From Octopus bimaculoides (taxonomy: Eukaryota), in contig NC_068985.1 in the NCBI RefSeq assembly GCF_001194135.2, positions 64,284,706-64,325,823 on the forward strand: DNA of 41,118 nt, in the 5' to 3' direction. Positions 1-11,947 of the stretch are shown here, piece by piece. A program made the translations under genes and the position numbers. Position 1 is the first letter of the stretch, and each line of letters begins with the position of its first letter. Under the pieces are notes generated by a model. It ran no database searches, was not told the DNA's origin, and was given only the letters and a program-made list of their open reading frames with translations.

Positions 1-602
1 CTAAAGGCAAGTGTTTTTTTACTCTTCTCTACTGTTTTTTGTTCTGTGTGTATCAAAAATATCGCTATCAATCTGGAGTAATAATTTGTAGTTTTGAAAT
101 CAGTAGTTCTTTGACTGCTATTTCTGAATTCTCAGTATGTTGGAGAAGCAGGTTACTGTCAATCCCTATATATTTATGATTATAAATGTTTTTTACCGAA
201 GAAGGTTTTTTCATACTGAGCTACCCGGCAAAATTGTTAATTATTAATTTTATTACTAATTGACGATTCCCTGCCCTGCATATCTATATATATATATATA
301 TATAGATATGTGTGTGTGAATAGAGAGAGAGAGAGAATATGGGGGGATTAGTTCACTGGTGATTTAAACAAATAGGTACACTGAGTAAGTGCTATAATTG
401 GTCATCCGTTAGGTTCCAAGTTCACAGCTGAGGCTGGAGTGAGAGATCCCTATTAGTTAGGCTTCTGTGTTAGCAGGTATATATTAGAGGAAAAGGACAA
501 CAAACTAATAAATACGTGTATGATACGAACAAAAAGATATATTTTTCAAATGCAGAATTGCCGTTAGAACAACAAAAATACTGGGTAAATTACTCTTAGA
601 AG

Positions 603-711
603 GCGGAAAAATTTGTCAACAAACAGCCATGAGACTTGAATCCACATCCCCCAAGACTCTGGACGAGTGCTTTACCATTAAGCTAAACTGCCTGCTGACA
701 AATTTATCCAC
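603..711 (-). mobile_element. 109-bp tRNA-derived element enclosed by ~20-bp inverted flanks
   Basis: Minus strand GGCAGTTTAGCTTAATGGTAAAGC...GGATTCAAGTCTCAT has D-arm/A-box and T-arm/B-box features; flanks gcggaaaaatttgtcaac / ctgacaaatttatccac; a homologous copy lies at 39413-39521. Confidence 0.6.
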
Positions 712-1399
712 TAAATCGCTTATTGAACAATATGTGTATATAAATATAAACAAACTAACATTTATTTCTATTAGAAGCGTTGGAATGTGTATTGTATGAT
801 ACAAACAAGAAAAAAATATTCTTTCTTGCTGTTAAAATAGCAGAAATACTGGGAGAATTACCCGTACAAAGGCAGAAAGAAAAAAATATTTTGTTTGTAT
901 CGTACAATACACATTTTGATACTTTTACCCAGTATTTCTGCTGTTCTAATGGCAATTCAGTGTTTGCAAAAAAACAAATTCTTGTTTATATCACACAATA
1001 CACATTTTGACACTGCCACACTGCTAACAGCATTCCTGTCCATGACTTGCACTGCTCTCACATGTCAATCATTTACATTCAGTTTTCTTAGTGACTACAA
1101 GACTTAAGAGTGCAAAGATCTTTAGGTCAATGAATGATATGTATAGTGAACTGTTCTTGGCTAAAATCTAAACTATATCTCTTCTACAGTAATCTTTTTA
1201 GCGGGAGGGAATGTTATGCAAATTGTGTTATGATATAAAGTGAATGTGAATTTGATGATCAGAGAGAGAGAGAGTGGCCATTTTGAATAACCTACGTTGA
1301 ATCAAGAATATCATGGATAACACTATATGACGCTTTACTGTTTTGGAGTATGACTGGAAATTAGTTTCTTTGAACCAGGAATTACTGGTCATACATAAC

Positions 1400-1640
1400 A
1401 GTCCATCAATTTGGTGCTGCTTTAGTTTCATTTCTACATCTTTGCTCTTGTAGCAGCTGACGATGGCACTGCTATACCAGTCATTAGAATGGTACCTGCT
1501 TCAGTTACATAACTGACAATGTGAAGTCTTAGTGTGTGTTCTAGTTTGCCAGATATTTTCAGTATCACAGTGACTATCTTTGATGGTTTGGTTAATTTGC
1601 CTACCAACATACCTTTGATGACTGTCTCAACCCTATGGCT
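1400..1640 (-). mobile_element. Degenerate RTE-type LINE reverse transcriptase fragment
   Basis: Reverse complement aligns by eye with the RT fragment at 40829-41118 (ctgaaaatatctggc...aatgactgg...agctgctacaa); boundaries approximate. Confidence 0.6.
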
Positions 1641-1835
1641 GCCATTTTCAATAGTTGGCCACCATGTTGAACCCACTAGGATAGTTCTTCCCTCTCTCTC
1701 TTCTCCATACATTCTCCTCAATCAGTAACCTCTCTAACTAACATTTTCATAAGACAATTCTATATTTAAGGGATGAGGAATTATGTACACATTATTTACA
1801 TTTGACAGATATTTGTCCTCATCTTGTTTGTTGTT

Positions 1836-1881
1836 AACACAACGTTTCGGCTGATATACCCTCCAGCCTTCATCAGGTGTC
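1836..1881 (-). ncRNA. Candidate minimal type I hammerhead ribozyme (Penelope-type)
   Basis: GACAC-CUGAUGA-a-GGCUGG(agggtata)UCAGCC-GAAAC-GUU-GUGUU: stem I GACAC/GUGUU, 6-bp stem II, catalytic core, and palindromic AACGUU in place of a looped stem III. Confidence 0.65.
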
Positions 1882-1933
1882 TTGGGGAAATTTCGAACTT
1901 GGGTTCTCATTCCTAAGGTATTTTTCGATGTTG

Positions 1934-1969
<36 letters not shown>

Positions 1970-2182
1970 TCACTGCCTGGAATCGAACTCGGAATCTTGG
2001 GGTTAGTAGCCCGCGCTCTTAATCACTACGGGCATATGGTGTAGTGATTAAGAGCGTGGGCTATTAACCCCAAGATTCTGAGTTCGATTCCAGGCAGTGA
2101 CCTGAATAATAATAATAATAATAATAACAACAACATCAAAAAATACCTTAGGAATGAGAACCCAGGTTCGAAATTTCCCCAA

Positions 2183-2225
2183 GACACCTGATGAAGGTTG
2201 GAGGGTATATCAGCCGAAACGTGTT
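2183..2225 (+). ncRNA. Second hammerhead-like copy, probably inactive
   Basis: Same core (CTGATGA...CAGCCGAAAC) but with a 3-nt deletion at the cleavage-site/stem I junction (GAAACGTGTT vs GAAACGTTGTGTT). Confidence 0.45.
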
Positions 2226-2826
2226 AACAACAAACAAGATGAGGACAACTATCTGTCAAATGTAAATAATGTAACATTTTCATGTCTACTTTTTCAAGTT
2301 TTCATTCAGACAATGTACCGTTATCATTCCATACACACTTTTCTCCAATGTACACCTAATTTACATACACTGCACTGCAATCTGGAACACCTTGGGCAGG
2401 TGAAATTGCTAAGCATTCTGTATTTTAATAACTGTACATGGGAAATGCAAACATGAAAGAAACAGATGTTTGTTTGAAACAAAGAGAACTCTCTTAAAGG
2501 TATTGAAAGACCAAATGGTAATTGTGTTAAATTAAGTGGTTTATTAACTATTTATACACACACACACACACATACATACATTAACATGGCTGAGTATTCC
2601 ACCCTTAACGTAATTGTTGGGCAGAATCAGCATGACAGAATGTGATGAGGTTGTACCTTTGAATTACAGGTAGAATATATTTGATTGATTTCTATACAAT
2701 TTCCATCAACCCAATTTTGTTCCCAAGGTATGAGGGTGATCCAAGGTTACAGACAATGATATTTACCTAAGCTGTTATGCAGTGGGACCCAACTGGGGAC
2801 CTTGTGGCTGCAAAATGAACATCTTA

Positions 2827-3069
<243 letters not shown>

Positions 3070-3443
3070 CTAAAGAGATAAAACAGTAAAAAATAATCAA
3101 TAACATTCATTTATTTCTCACTACAATCAGCATTTGTTTATTGTTAATGCACAGTTTTGATAAATTGATAGATTGGGAGAAGCATTCAACTTCTGTAATT
3201 TAGGGGGAAGAGGTCATTATTTCTGTTGTAAGTCAGGTGAGAAGGCATAGTGCCATTGACCTTTGCAGGTCATACTTCCAGACAGATTCAGGAAGTTAAT
3301 GTCTAGACTGAAAAACTGAAGGTAAATGTGTAGCAAGAAAAAAGCAGGTCATCCAGAGATGTGGCCATTTAGTTGGAATCTTTAATATATAGTTTGGAGG
3401 TTTTGAAGGATGGCAACGGGATTTGTTTGTACATTTAGATACT

Positions 3444-5555
3444 GAACAGTCCTACCAGTCAGGTTGATAGTGGACTATCCCATCAGTCAAGCTCATAGTG
3501 GACTGTTCCACCAAGCCAGATGATAGTGGACTGTTCTACCAGTCCAGATGGTAGTGAACTGTTTCACTAGCACAGATGATAGTGGACTGTCCTACCAGCC
3601 ACGCTGAGAGTGGAATGTCCTACCAGTCACTGGACAATCACACCAGTCAAATTGACAGGGAAGCTGATAATGGACTGCCCCATTAGCTAAGCTGATAGTG
3701 GACTGTTCCACCATTCATCTTGATAGTAGACTGTCCCTTCAGACAAGCTGATAATGGATTGTCCTAACAGTGAAGTGGATAGTGGACTGTCCTACTAGTC
3801 CACTTCATAGGGGTGTGTGTAATCAGCCAAATTGATAGTGGATTGTCCCATCAAACAAGCTGAAAGGTGACTGTCCCATCTGACAAGTCGATAGTAGACT
3901 GTTCTAGCAATCATGTTGACAGAGAATTATTCAGTCATGTTCATGCTGTCCTGTCACATTACCAAAGTTAAGAAACTGTCCTATCAGTCAAGTTCAAAAT
4001 GGATAGTACCACCAGGCAAGTTGATAGTGTATTGTCCCATCAGCCAAGTTCATAGTGGACTATACATCCAGTCAAGTTGATAGTGGACTATCCCACTAGT
4101 CAATTTGGTAGAGGACTGTCCTTCCAGTTATGCTGAGTCTGGACTGTCATATCACATGAGTTGTTAGAGGACTGTCATGTCAATCAAGTAATTAGTGGAG
4201 GGTCCCATCAGTCAAGTTAACAGTGGACAATTTCACAAGTGATGTCGATAGTGGATTGTCCTACAAGTCAAGTTGATAAATTGATAGTTGACTGATCCAA
4301 CCAATGTCAATAGAGAACTGTCCAAACATCAAAATTGATAGCAGATTGTTGAGTCAGACAAGTTCATTCTGCGATCAGTCAAGTTGATAGCAGACTGTCC
4401 CAGCTGACAAGATGATAGGGAAGCATCCCACCATTGAAGCTGATAGTGGAATGCCCAAACAAGTTCATAGTAGACTGTTCTATCTGATTGTTGACAGTGG
4501 ACTGTCCAGCAAGCCAAATTGATACTCGACTATCATACTAGTGAAGCAGATAATACACTGTCCTACCAGTCAAGTTCATAATGAACTGTCTTACCAGTTA
4601 TGTTCACAGTAGACTGTTCTAGAAGTCAAGTCAATAGTGGACTGACCTACCAGTGAAGTTGATAGTGTACTGTCCCATCAGTTAAGTTCATAGTAGACTA
4701 TACCATCATTCAAGTTGAAAAAGGACTGCCCTAGCAGTCAAGTTGATAGTGGACTGTCCCATCACCCAAGTTGACATTGGACTGTACCACCTCCCAGTCA
4801 AATTAATAGTGGAAGGTTCCATCGGTCGAGTGAGTAGTGGAATGTCCCATCAATGCAACTGATTGTCAACTGTGACACTAATCAAGTTAAAAGTTGACTA
4901 TCCTATCAATCAAGTTAATAGTGGCATGTTTTACCAGTCAAGTGAGTAGTGGACTCTTCAAACAGAAAAATTCATAGTGTCCTGTCCAATCAGTTATGTT
5001 GATAACAAACTGTCCTACAAGTCAATTGATAGTGTACAGTCATCTCACTCAAAGTGATAGTGGACTGTTCCATCAGTCTAGGTGATAGAAAACTGTCCTA
5101 AGAGGCAAAATGATAGCAGAATCTTACAAGTCAAGTGGAGAGTGCACTGTCCTACCAGGAAAGTTGATAGCATACTACCCTGTCAGTCAAGTTGATAGGG
5201 GACTGTCCCTTCAGTCAAATTAATAGTAGACTGTCCGACCAGTCAAATTGACAGTGGATTGTCCGACCAGCCAAGTTCATAGTGGACTATACATCTAGTC
5301 AAGTTGATAGTGAACTGAGCTACCAGGCATGTTAAGAGTGGACTGTTCTACAAGTTGATAGTGTATGGTTTTAGCAGGAAATTCATCAGTAGAATGTTTC
5401 ACCAGTCAAATTTTTTGCAGATTTTCCTAACAGTCAAGTTGATTATAGACTCTCTTAACAGTTGAGTTGATTATACACTGTCCTAAAAGTCAAGCTGATA
5501 GTGGACTGTCCTAGCAGTGAAAATCACAATGGACTATGTCAGAAGTCAAGTTGAC
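3444..5555. repeat. Degenerate 28-bp minisatellite, roughly 75 units, in KRR1 intron 3
   Basis: Consensus ~AGTCAAGTTGATAGTGGACTGTCC(C/T)A(T/C)C; 28-nt periodicity measured by eye (e.g. 4627, 4655, 4683). Confidence 0.9.
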
Positions 5556-5880
5556 CAACCAAATGGTAAACATTCATATCCTTTCAATGATTCTGTTTAA
5601 TTAAAGTGTCTTGTTACCTCACACTGCTGAGATGAAATCTTCCCTTGGGCTAGACCAGGAAAGGATGGTTATCTGGAGGTATTACAGAAGTGAGTTTCTT
5701 GCAAGAACAACACTACAGGCTACAGAATCCACCAGTGAACTTTGTAAAACCACTATACAGTCACTTGATCTGTTAGAAATATCAGCTAAACATCCCTTAC
5801 ATCTTACCTTGCTCTCCTGGAAAAGGATACATTCAACAATGAATTAGTTCTCAATATACTAGATGGGATGGGTACATCTA

Positions 5881-6096
<216 letters not shown>

Positions 6097-6362
6097 CTAG
6101 AAGAAAAGTAAATAGGAGAGTTAGTCATTGCTGAAACCTATATTTAAAGCTTTTTGCCTCAAAACTAAATTAATGGAAAAGGAAATCTCTGGGAAGTTTC
6201 ATATTAAAGTTTTCAAATTATCTTTCTGTTTTTAGTCTTGTGTGTGTCCTGCATTTGAGCATGTAATAACACAGAAAAGTTTCAAAATGGGAAAGTAATT
6301 CATCAGGGCTTTCTCCATGCTTATCCAACATCAGCACTGAGTGAATATTGACCAAATTCACT

Positions 6363-6482
6363 CACAAGGCATTGATCGGGTGGCCTGAAGCTATAGTAGA
6401 AGACACTTGCCCAAGGTCTGCAATGGGACTGAACCCAAAATCATGTAGTTGCAAAGAAAGGTTTTTGAACCTCACAGCCATG
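6363..6482 (-). mobile_element. tRNA-derived SINE 5' fragment
   Basis: Reverse complement of the SINE head seen at 10645-10810 (gaagacacttgcccaagg...gggactgaaccc). Confidence 0.7.
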
Positions 6483-6782
6483 TTGGTGCCTACAAAATTA
6501 AGATGACCAAAGAACATTTGATGATGTTTTATTTCATATTCAATCATAATATCTATTATAATTGTTTATTATTTTATGCTCATTAATCAGAATATTTGTC
6601 ATAAGTGTTTATCATTTTAAGAAAATTTAATTACTTCAACTGTATTTTATAAGCTCCATAAAGTCTACCGTTTATACAACAAAGCTTTGTTCTCATGCAT
6701 GCTTGGATGATAATGTGAATAAAGATATCACCAAATATTAGTCCAAAACATTTCCAAAACTTCAGAATTGCAAAATGGTTTC

Positions 6783-7060
6783 ATCATCATTTAACGTCCA
6801 CCTTCCATGCAGGCATGCATTGGACGGTTTGGCAGGAGCCAGCCAGGTAGAAACTACCCTAGGCTACTGTGTCTGTTTTGGCATGGTTTTTATGACTGGA
6901 CGCCTTTCCTAACACCAACCACTCCACAGAGTGGACTGAGTGCTTTTTACATGGCACCAGCACAGGCGAGGTCAGTTTTGGCATGTTTTTTACAGTTGGA
7001 TTGGATGCTTTTTATGTGGTACCAGCACTAGCAAGGTCACCAAGTAACTTGTAAGACAAG
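6783..7060 (-). mobile_element. RTE-LINE-related 3' tail fragment
   Basis: catcatcatttaacgtcc...ctggacgcctttcctaacaccaaccac matches the 3' end of the RTE element at 17671-17850. Confidence 0.7.
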
Positions 7061-7524
7061 TAATTTTTAGAGGAGAGGAAGCATTGGAGGAAGGGGTGAT
7101 GAAAATTTATAATCTCAAGCATAAATTTGTTTAAACAACAAATAATTCTTTCACTTATCTTTTACTGAGTGTAGTTCTACCATGTATAAAAGTCAGAACA
7201 TTTTAATTTAGACAAGGATCCTACATGATATATCTTACAAAATGTTTTTAGTTTAATATCAAACATATTCATTATTTTACATGTTTACCATGCTGGCATG
7301 GGTTAAGTGGACAATTGCTGTTGAGCAAATAGGAACATGAGCATAAAAAGTATGAGATAAAGAGATGGATAATAGAGACAGGGGTAACAGTGGTGTGGGT
7401 GAAAGATGTGTAATAAGAAAGGTGTATGACAGAGTGGGTAAGTGACAGATATGTTTGCAGATAAGAGGCCAGCAAAAAATAACCAATGATGTAGAGTTAA
7501 CAGTATGCATATATATCATCAACA

Positions 7525-7720
7525 TACTCCTTCCATGCTGGTATGAGTTGGATGGTTTGACAGGAATTGACAAGTCAAAAACCTGTACCAAGTTCTGTCT
7601 GCTTTGGCAGTTTCTGCAGCTGGATGCCCTTCCTAATGCCAACCACTTTACAGAATGGACTCTGTGCTTTTTACATGGTACCAGGAACAGTAAGGTCACC
7701 AAGTAATTTGCAAGACAAGA
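7525..7720 (-). mobile_element. RTE-LINE-related 3' tail fragment
   Basis: ttccatgctgg...gctggatgcccttcctaatgccaaccac, same family as 6783 and 17671. Confidence 0.7.
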
Positions 7721-8329
7721 CTCCTCAACTGAGTGGGAGGTAGTACTGAGAGAGGTGGCTTTGTACTAGGTAATAAGAAGTTAGAGTATGAATAGAGAAA
7801 TGTCTTACAGTAGAAGAGATACATGGCTACCTTAGTTGGAGAGAGAGACAAGATGGTGAAGATGTGATAGGGCATACATTCAAAATACAGGGGTTGGAGA
7901 GGGTGAATTGGTGGGAGATGGAGTGGAAGAGGAATGCAGAGTGGACACAGGTAGGAGGTGGTGTTCAGAGAATATATTGTGAGGAAGAGGGACATATTGA
8001 GTGCATGTAGGTTTGCAAGGGAGAGTGGGAGATAGAGGAGAATGGAATACAGTAAGCATGAACATGGCTGGGGAAGAAAAGAGGTGTTAGGAAAATGAGA
8101 TGTGGTGGAGAGGTTTGTTGGAGACAAGGTGTAGGGATATGGACGTAAAGGACATACCTTTATGACCTTGATTTTACATAGCTAGGTAGGTCTTCTCAGG
8201 CACAACAAAATACCAATCATCAAAATACCTTGCAATCTCCTCTGTAAGGCTCAACTTCTGAAGATCATTTTTCACCACTTTCCCATGTCTTCCTAGATAT
8301 GCATACATATATATCTATCTAAATATACA

Positions 8330-8345
8330 TGCCTCTCTCTCTCTC

Positions 8346-8393
<48 letters not shown>

Positions 8394-8507
8394 NNNNNNN
8401 NNNNNNNNNNNNNNNNNNNNNNNNNNNNNNNNNNNNNNNNNNNNNNNNNNNNNNNNNNNNNNNNNNNNNNNNNNNNNNNNNNNAGAGAGACAGAGAGAGA
8501 GAGAGAC

Positions 8508-8542
<35 letters not shown>

Positions 8543-8545
8543 TAA
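8330..8545. repeat. (CT)n/(GA)n microsatellite spanning an N-gap (8394-8483)
   Basis: Directly visible. Confidence 0.95.
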
Positions 8546-8550
8546 AGACA

Positions 8551-10101
8551 GATATGGTTACTCTATGAGGTTATCTTGGGTTTCACATCCATAAAGTGCT
8601 AGGCTTTACAGTGCTTCTTCAGACCCTAGGTCTATGACCTCTCTACAAAACAGGAGGAAAAGACCTCATTATTTAATGTCAACAACAGGGGATTGTCTCC
8701 CCTACTCGTAACTGACCCTGCTATCATGTGGATCCCAGGACTCCAACAGGAATTTCCTGAAGTGCAAGCAGAGTCTGAGGACCTTTGTCCTGGAGTTAAG
8801 GATGTACTCCAAGTTGAGGAAGTCCTTTAATATCCTCGTCCATTTGGCTACACAGTTTACAACACTTGGTCCCACTTATCTATGGGCTTGGATTTTCTAG
8901 GATCTTCCATATTATGTGTGGAGTTCTGTCATCCTTCAGGAAGTAGTGTGTCTCCTTTTTAGGATCCTGAAAGAGAATCTGTGGTTGGAGAGGTGCTGCT
9001 TGAAAGAGTTACCAGAACATCCAATGTATCTCATAGACGACTCCCACAGTTTCACAATGACCTCCTACTGGGCATCTGTTGCAGTCCCTGCATGAGCATC
9101 CTGCTTCCACTCGTGGTCTAGGGGTATTAACTATAATGTTCTTAATATTGGGGACACAGCTAAAAGAGACCCCCAGGGTGTGTCTGTTGAAAATGCACCC
9201 ATACCTATGTGAATGTGCAAAGTGTTTATCTAAGGAAGATCCTACCTATACACATTTTACGTTGAGGGAGAAGGCCCAAACAAAATTATATTTCTGTGGT
9301 GCTTCCTTCTACAGGTTTTGAGGACCCAGCATGTAGAAGATGTGGCTGAGGTGATAGCCAACCCCAGTAGCAGCAGCTTTCGCAATGACTACTACAGTCA
9401 CAGGAATAACAGTACCAATAGCAACAGCACCAATCCTAACAAAGATAGCAGCTGCACAATCGCCAGCAGCATCCTGAACAGAAATAGCAGCACCACAATC
9501 ACCAATGATATCAATAACAATAGCAACAGTATCACCCACCATGATAGCACAGATAACAGCTCCAACAATACTAATGATGAGGGCCATAACAGCAGCATCA
9601 ACATTGCCAACACCCACACACAGAGATACATCAGATGATCTGGTAACTTGTTCAAGCAGCTCCTCTCCAACCACAGATCCTCTTTCAGGATCTAGGAAAG
9701 GAGATACGCTATGTCCTTAGCCAACTATGTTTGGCAGCTGAAGGACAACAGAACTCCACATATAATATCATGGAAGATCCTAGAAAATCCAGGCCCCTAC
9801 ATAAATAGCCAAACGGACAAGGATATTAAAGGACACCCTTGACTCGGGGAACATCCTTAACTCCAGGAAGGTGGTCTTCAGACCCTGCTTGCATTTCAGG
9901 AAATTCCTGTTGGTGCCCTGAGATCCACATAACAGGGTCAATTACGAGTAGAGGAGACAATCCTCTGTTGTTGACAGAGTAATGAGGTCTTTTCCTCCTC
10001 TGTTTTGTAGAGAGGCCATAATTTTAGGTCTGAAGAAACACTGAAAAGCCAAGTGCTTTATGGACATGAAATTCAGGGTAACCTCACAGAGCACCCATAT
10101 C
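8551..10101. mobile_element. Penelope-like element (PLE) remnant in inverted, tail-out arrangement; ~480-bp arms (8551-9032 and ~9620-10101)
   Basis: Arms are diverged reverse complements. The left arm (minus) translates RYIGCSGNSFKQHLSNHRFSF; the right arm gives SLANYVWQLKDNRTPHIISWKILE. Both are characteristic of the PLE GIY-YIG endonuclease region. Confidence 0.8.
10026..10084 (+). ncRNA. Degenerate hammerhead-like motif at the PLE 3' end (mirror copy at 8568-8626, minus)
   Basis: Two-copy consensus AGGT-CUGAAGA-[~30 nt]-GAAACCCAGGGUA-ACCU gives stem I AGGU/ACCU and near-palindromic stem III CCC(A)GGG; each individual copy has mismatches. Confidence 0.4.
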
Positions 10102-10644
10102 TATATACTCTACTGCTCTATAACTTAGAGAGTGCTTCTTTTTCAGATTTATGATTTACCCACTGTGTATATATATATATGTAGATAGATATATGTGTGT
10201 GTGTGTGTGTATACAGTATGGCACCCACATCAGTGACAGGCCCATAAAAGGGAAAGTGAGTTGCTCCTTTCATCTGTAGACTGGGATGACACCTTGAGTA
10301 AGTGCTAGGAACCCCTTAGCTCCCACGCTACAGATGTCAGCAGAAAGATGGTAAAGATGTCAGCAGAAAGATATTGGATAACTGACAAAATGGAAGAGTT
10401 CTAGACCAATGGCTTGAAAGTTATTGTGGCCAAGAAGAATCTGTATCATCATTTTTCAGAGTCAACTAACAAGCGAGCTGCTCCTGTGGGACAACCTCAT
10501 TGCTGACCATGCTTGTTGCACTCTTGTGCACCACTTAGTATTCAGAGACAGTGTGGTGGGCTGACACCAAATGCCTCACTCACCATTCAAAGATTTCTGA
10601 ACAGAATAGTCAACATCAAGCTGTGACAGACAATATATATATAT

Positions 10645-11184
10645 AGGTACAAGAGTGACTGTGTGGTAAGAAGCTTGCTTCTCAACCACATGATTCCAGG
10701 TTCAGTTACAATGCGTGGCACATTGGGCAAGTGTCTTCTACTATGGCCTTGGGCCAACCAAAGCCTTGTTAGTGGATTTGGTAGATAGAAACTGAAAGAA
10801 GCCCATCATGTGTATATATATATATATATATATATATNNNNNNNNNNNNNNNNNNNNNNNNNNNNNNNNNNNNNNNNNNNNNNNNNNNNNNNNNNNNNNN
10901 NNNNNNNNNNNNNNNNNNNNNNNNNNNNNNNNNNNNNNNNNNNNNNNNNNNNNNNNNNNNNNNNNNNNNNNNNNNNNNNNNNNNNNNNNNNNNNNNNNNN
11001 NNNNNNNNNNNNNNNNNNNNNNNNNNNNNNNNNNNNNNNNNNNNNNNNNNNNNNNNNNNNNNNNNNNNNNNNNNNNNNNNNNNNNNNNNNNNNNNNNNNN
11101 NNNNNNNNNNNNNNNNNNNNNNNNNNNNNNNNNNNNNNNNNNNNNNNNNNNNNNNNNNNNNNNNNNNNNNNNNNNNNNNNNNNN

Positions 11185-11216
<32 letters not shown>

Positions 11217-11320
11217 GTGTGTGTGTATGTATGTATGAATTTGTGTGTCTCTTTGTTGCCCCACCATCACTTGACAACTGATGTTGGTGTGTTTGTGTCA
11301 CCATAATTTAGCGGTTCAGC
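10645..11320 (+). mobile_element. tRNA-derived SINE with internal (TA)n/(TG)n expansion and N-gap (10838-11184)
   Basis: Head gtgtggtaagaagcttgct...ggttcag, ttgggcaagtgtcttct, gtggatttggtagatagaaactgaaagaagccc; body resumes after the gap. Confidence 0.75.
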
Positions 11321-11504
11321 TAGGGCTATTCTACACACCAGTTTTTTAATCTCTTTGCAGCTCCACCTGATGATTCTATTTCTCTCTACAACTTGTTCTT
11401 CTTCCTGTTATACTTTAAGCCCTCATCTCCTAGCATAAAGCCACCACTCTCAAATCTTAATGTCTTGCAAGCTGCATGGCAGCCTCTGTAATGCTGATGG
11501 AATG

Positions 11505-11947
<443 letters not shown>

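Larger units (their letters stand above)
1753..2272. mobile_element. Head-to-head pair of tRNA-headed SINE-like elements forming a ~484-bp palindrome (arms 1789-2029 and 2041-2272)
   Basis: Arms are reverse complements with few mismatches and an 11-nt spacer. Each arm has a tRNA-like head (TGGTGTAGTGATT ... GAGTTCGATTCC), (AAT)n, a conserved body and a CTGATGA...GAAAC motif. Confidence 0.85.

Noticed and set aside
2030-2103. Functional tRNA gene (also 603-711 and 39413-39521)
   Set aside because: A/B boxes are present but the acceptor stems do not pair; these are repeat heads.
3444-5555. CRISPR-like array (28-bp partly palindromic repeats)
   Set aside because: Units are contiguous with no unique spacers, there are no cas genes, and the context is a eukaryotic intron.
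7696-8127. 143-aa minus-strand ORF
   Set aside because: Derived from a purine-rich low-complexity tract; no domain features.
11365-11400. Other CTGATGA/CTGAAGA occurrences as hammerheads or box C snoRNAs (e.g. 11368, 26853, 30453, 34776)
   Set aside because: No matching stem II/GAAAC geometry, and no box D with terminal stem was found.
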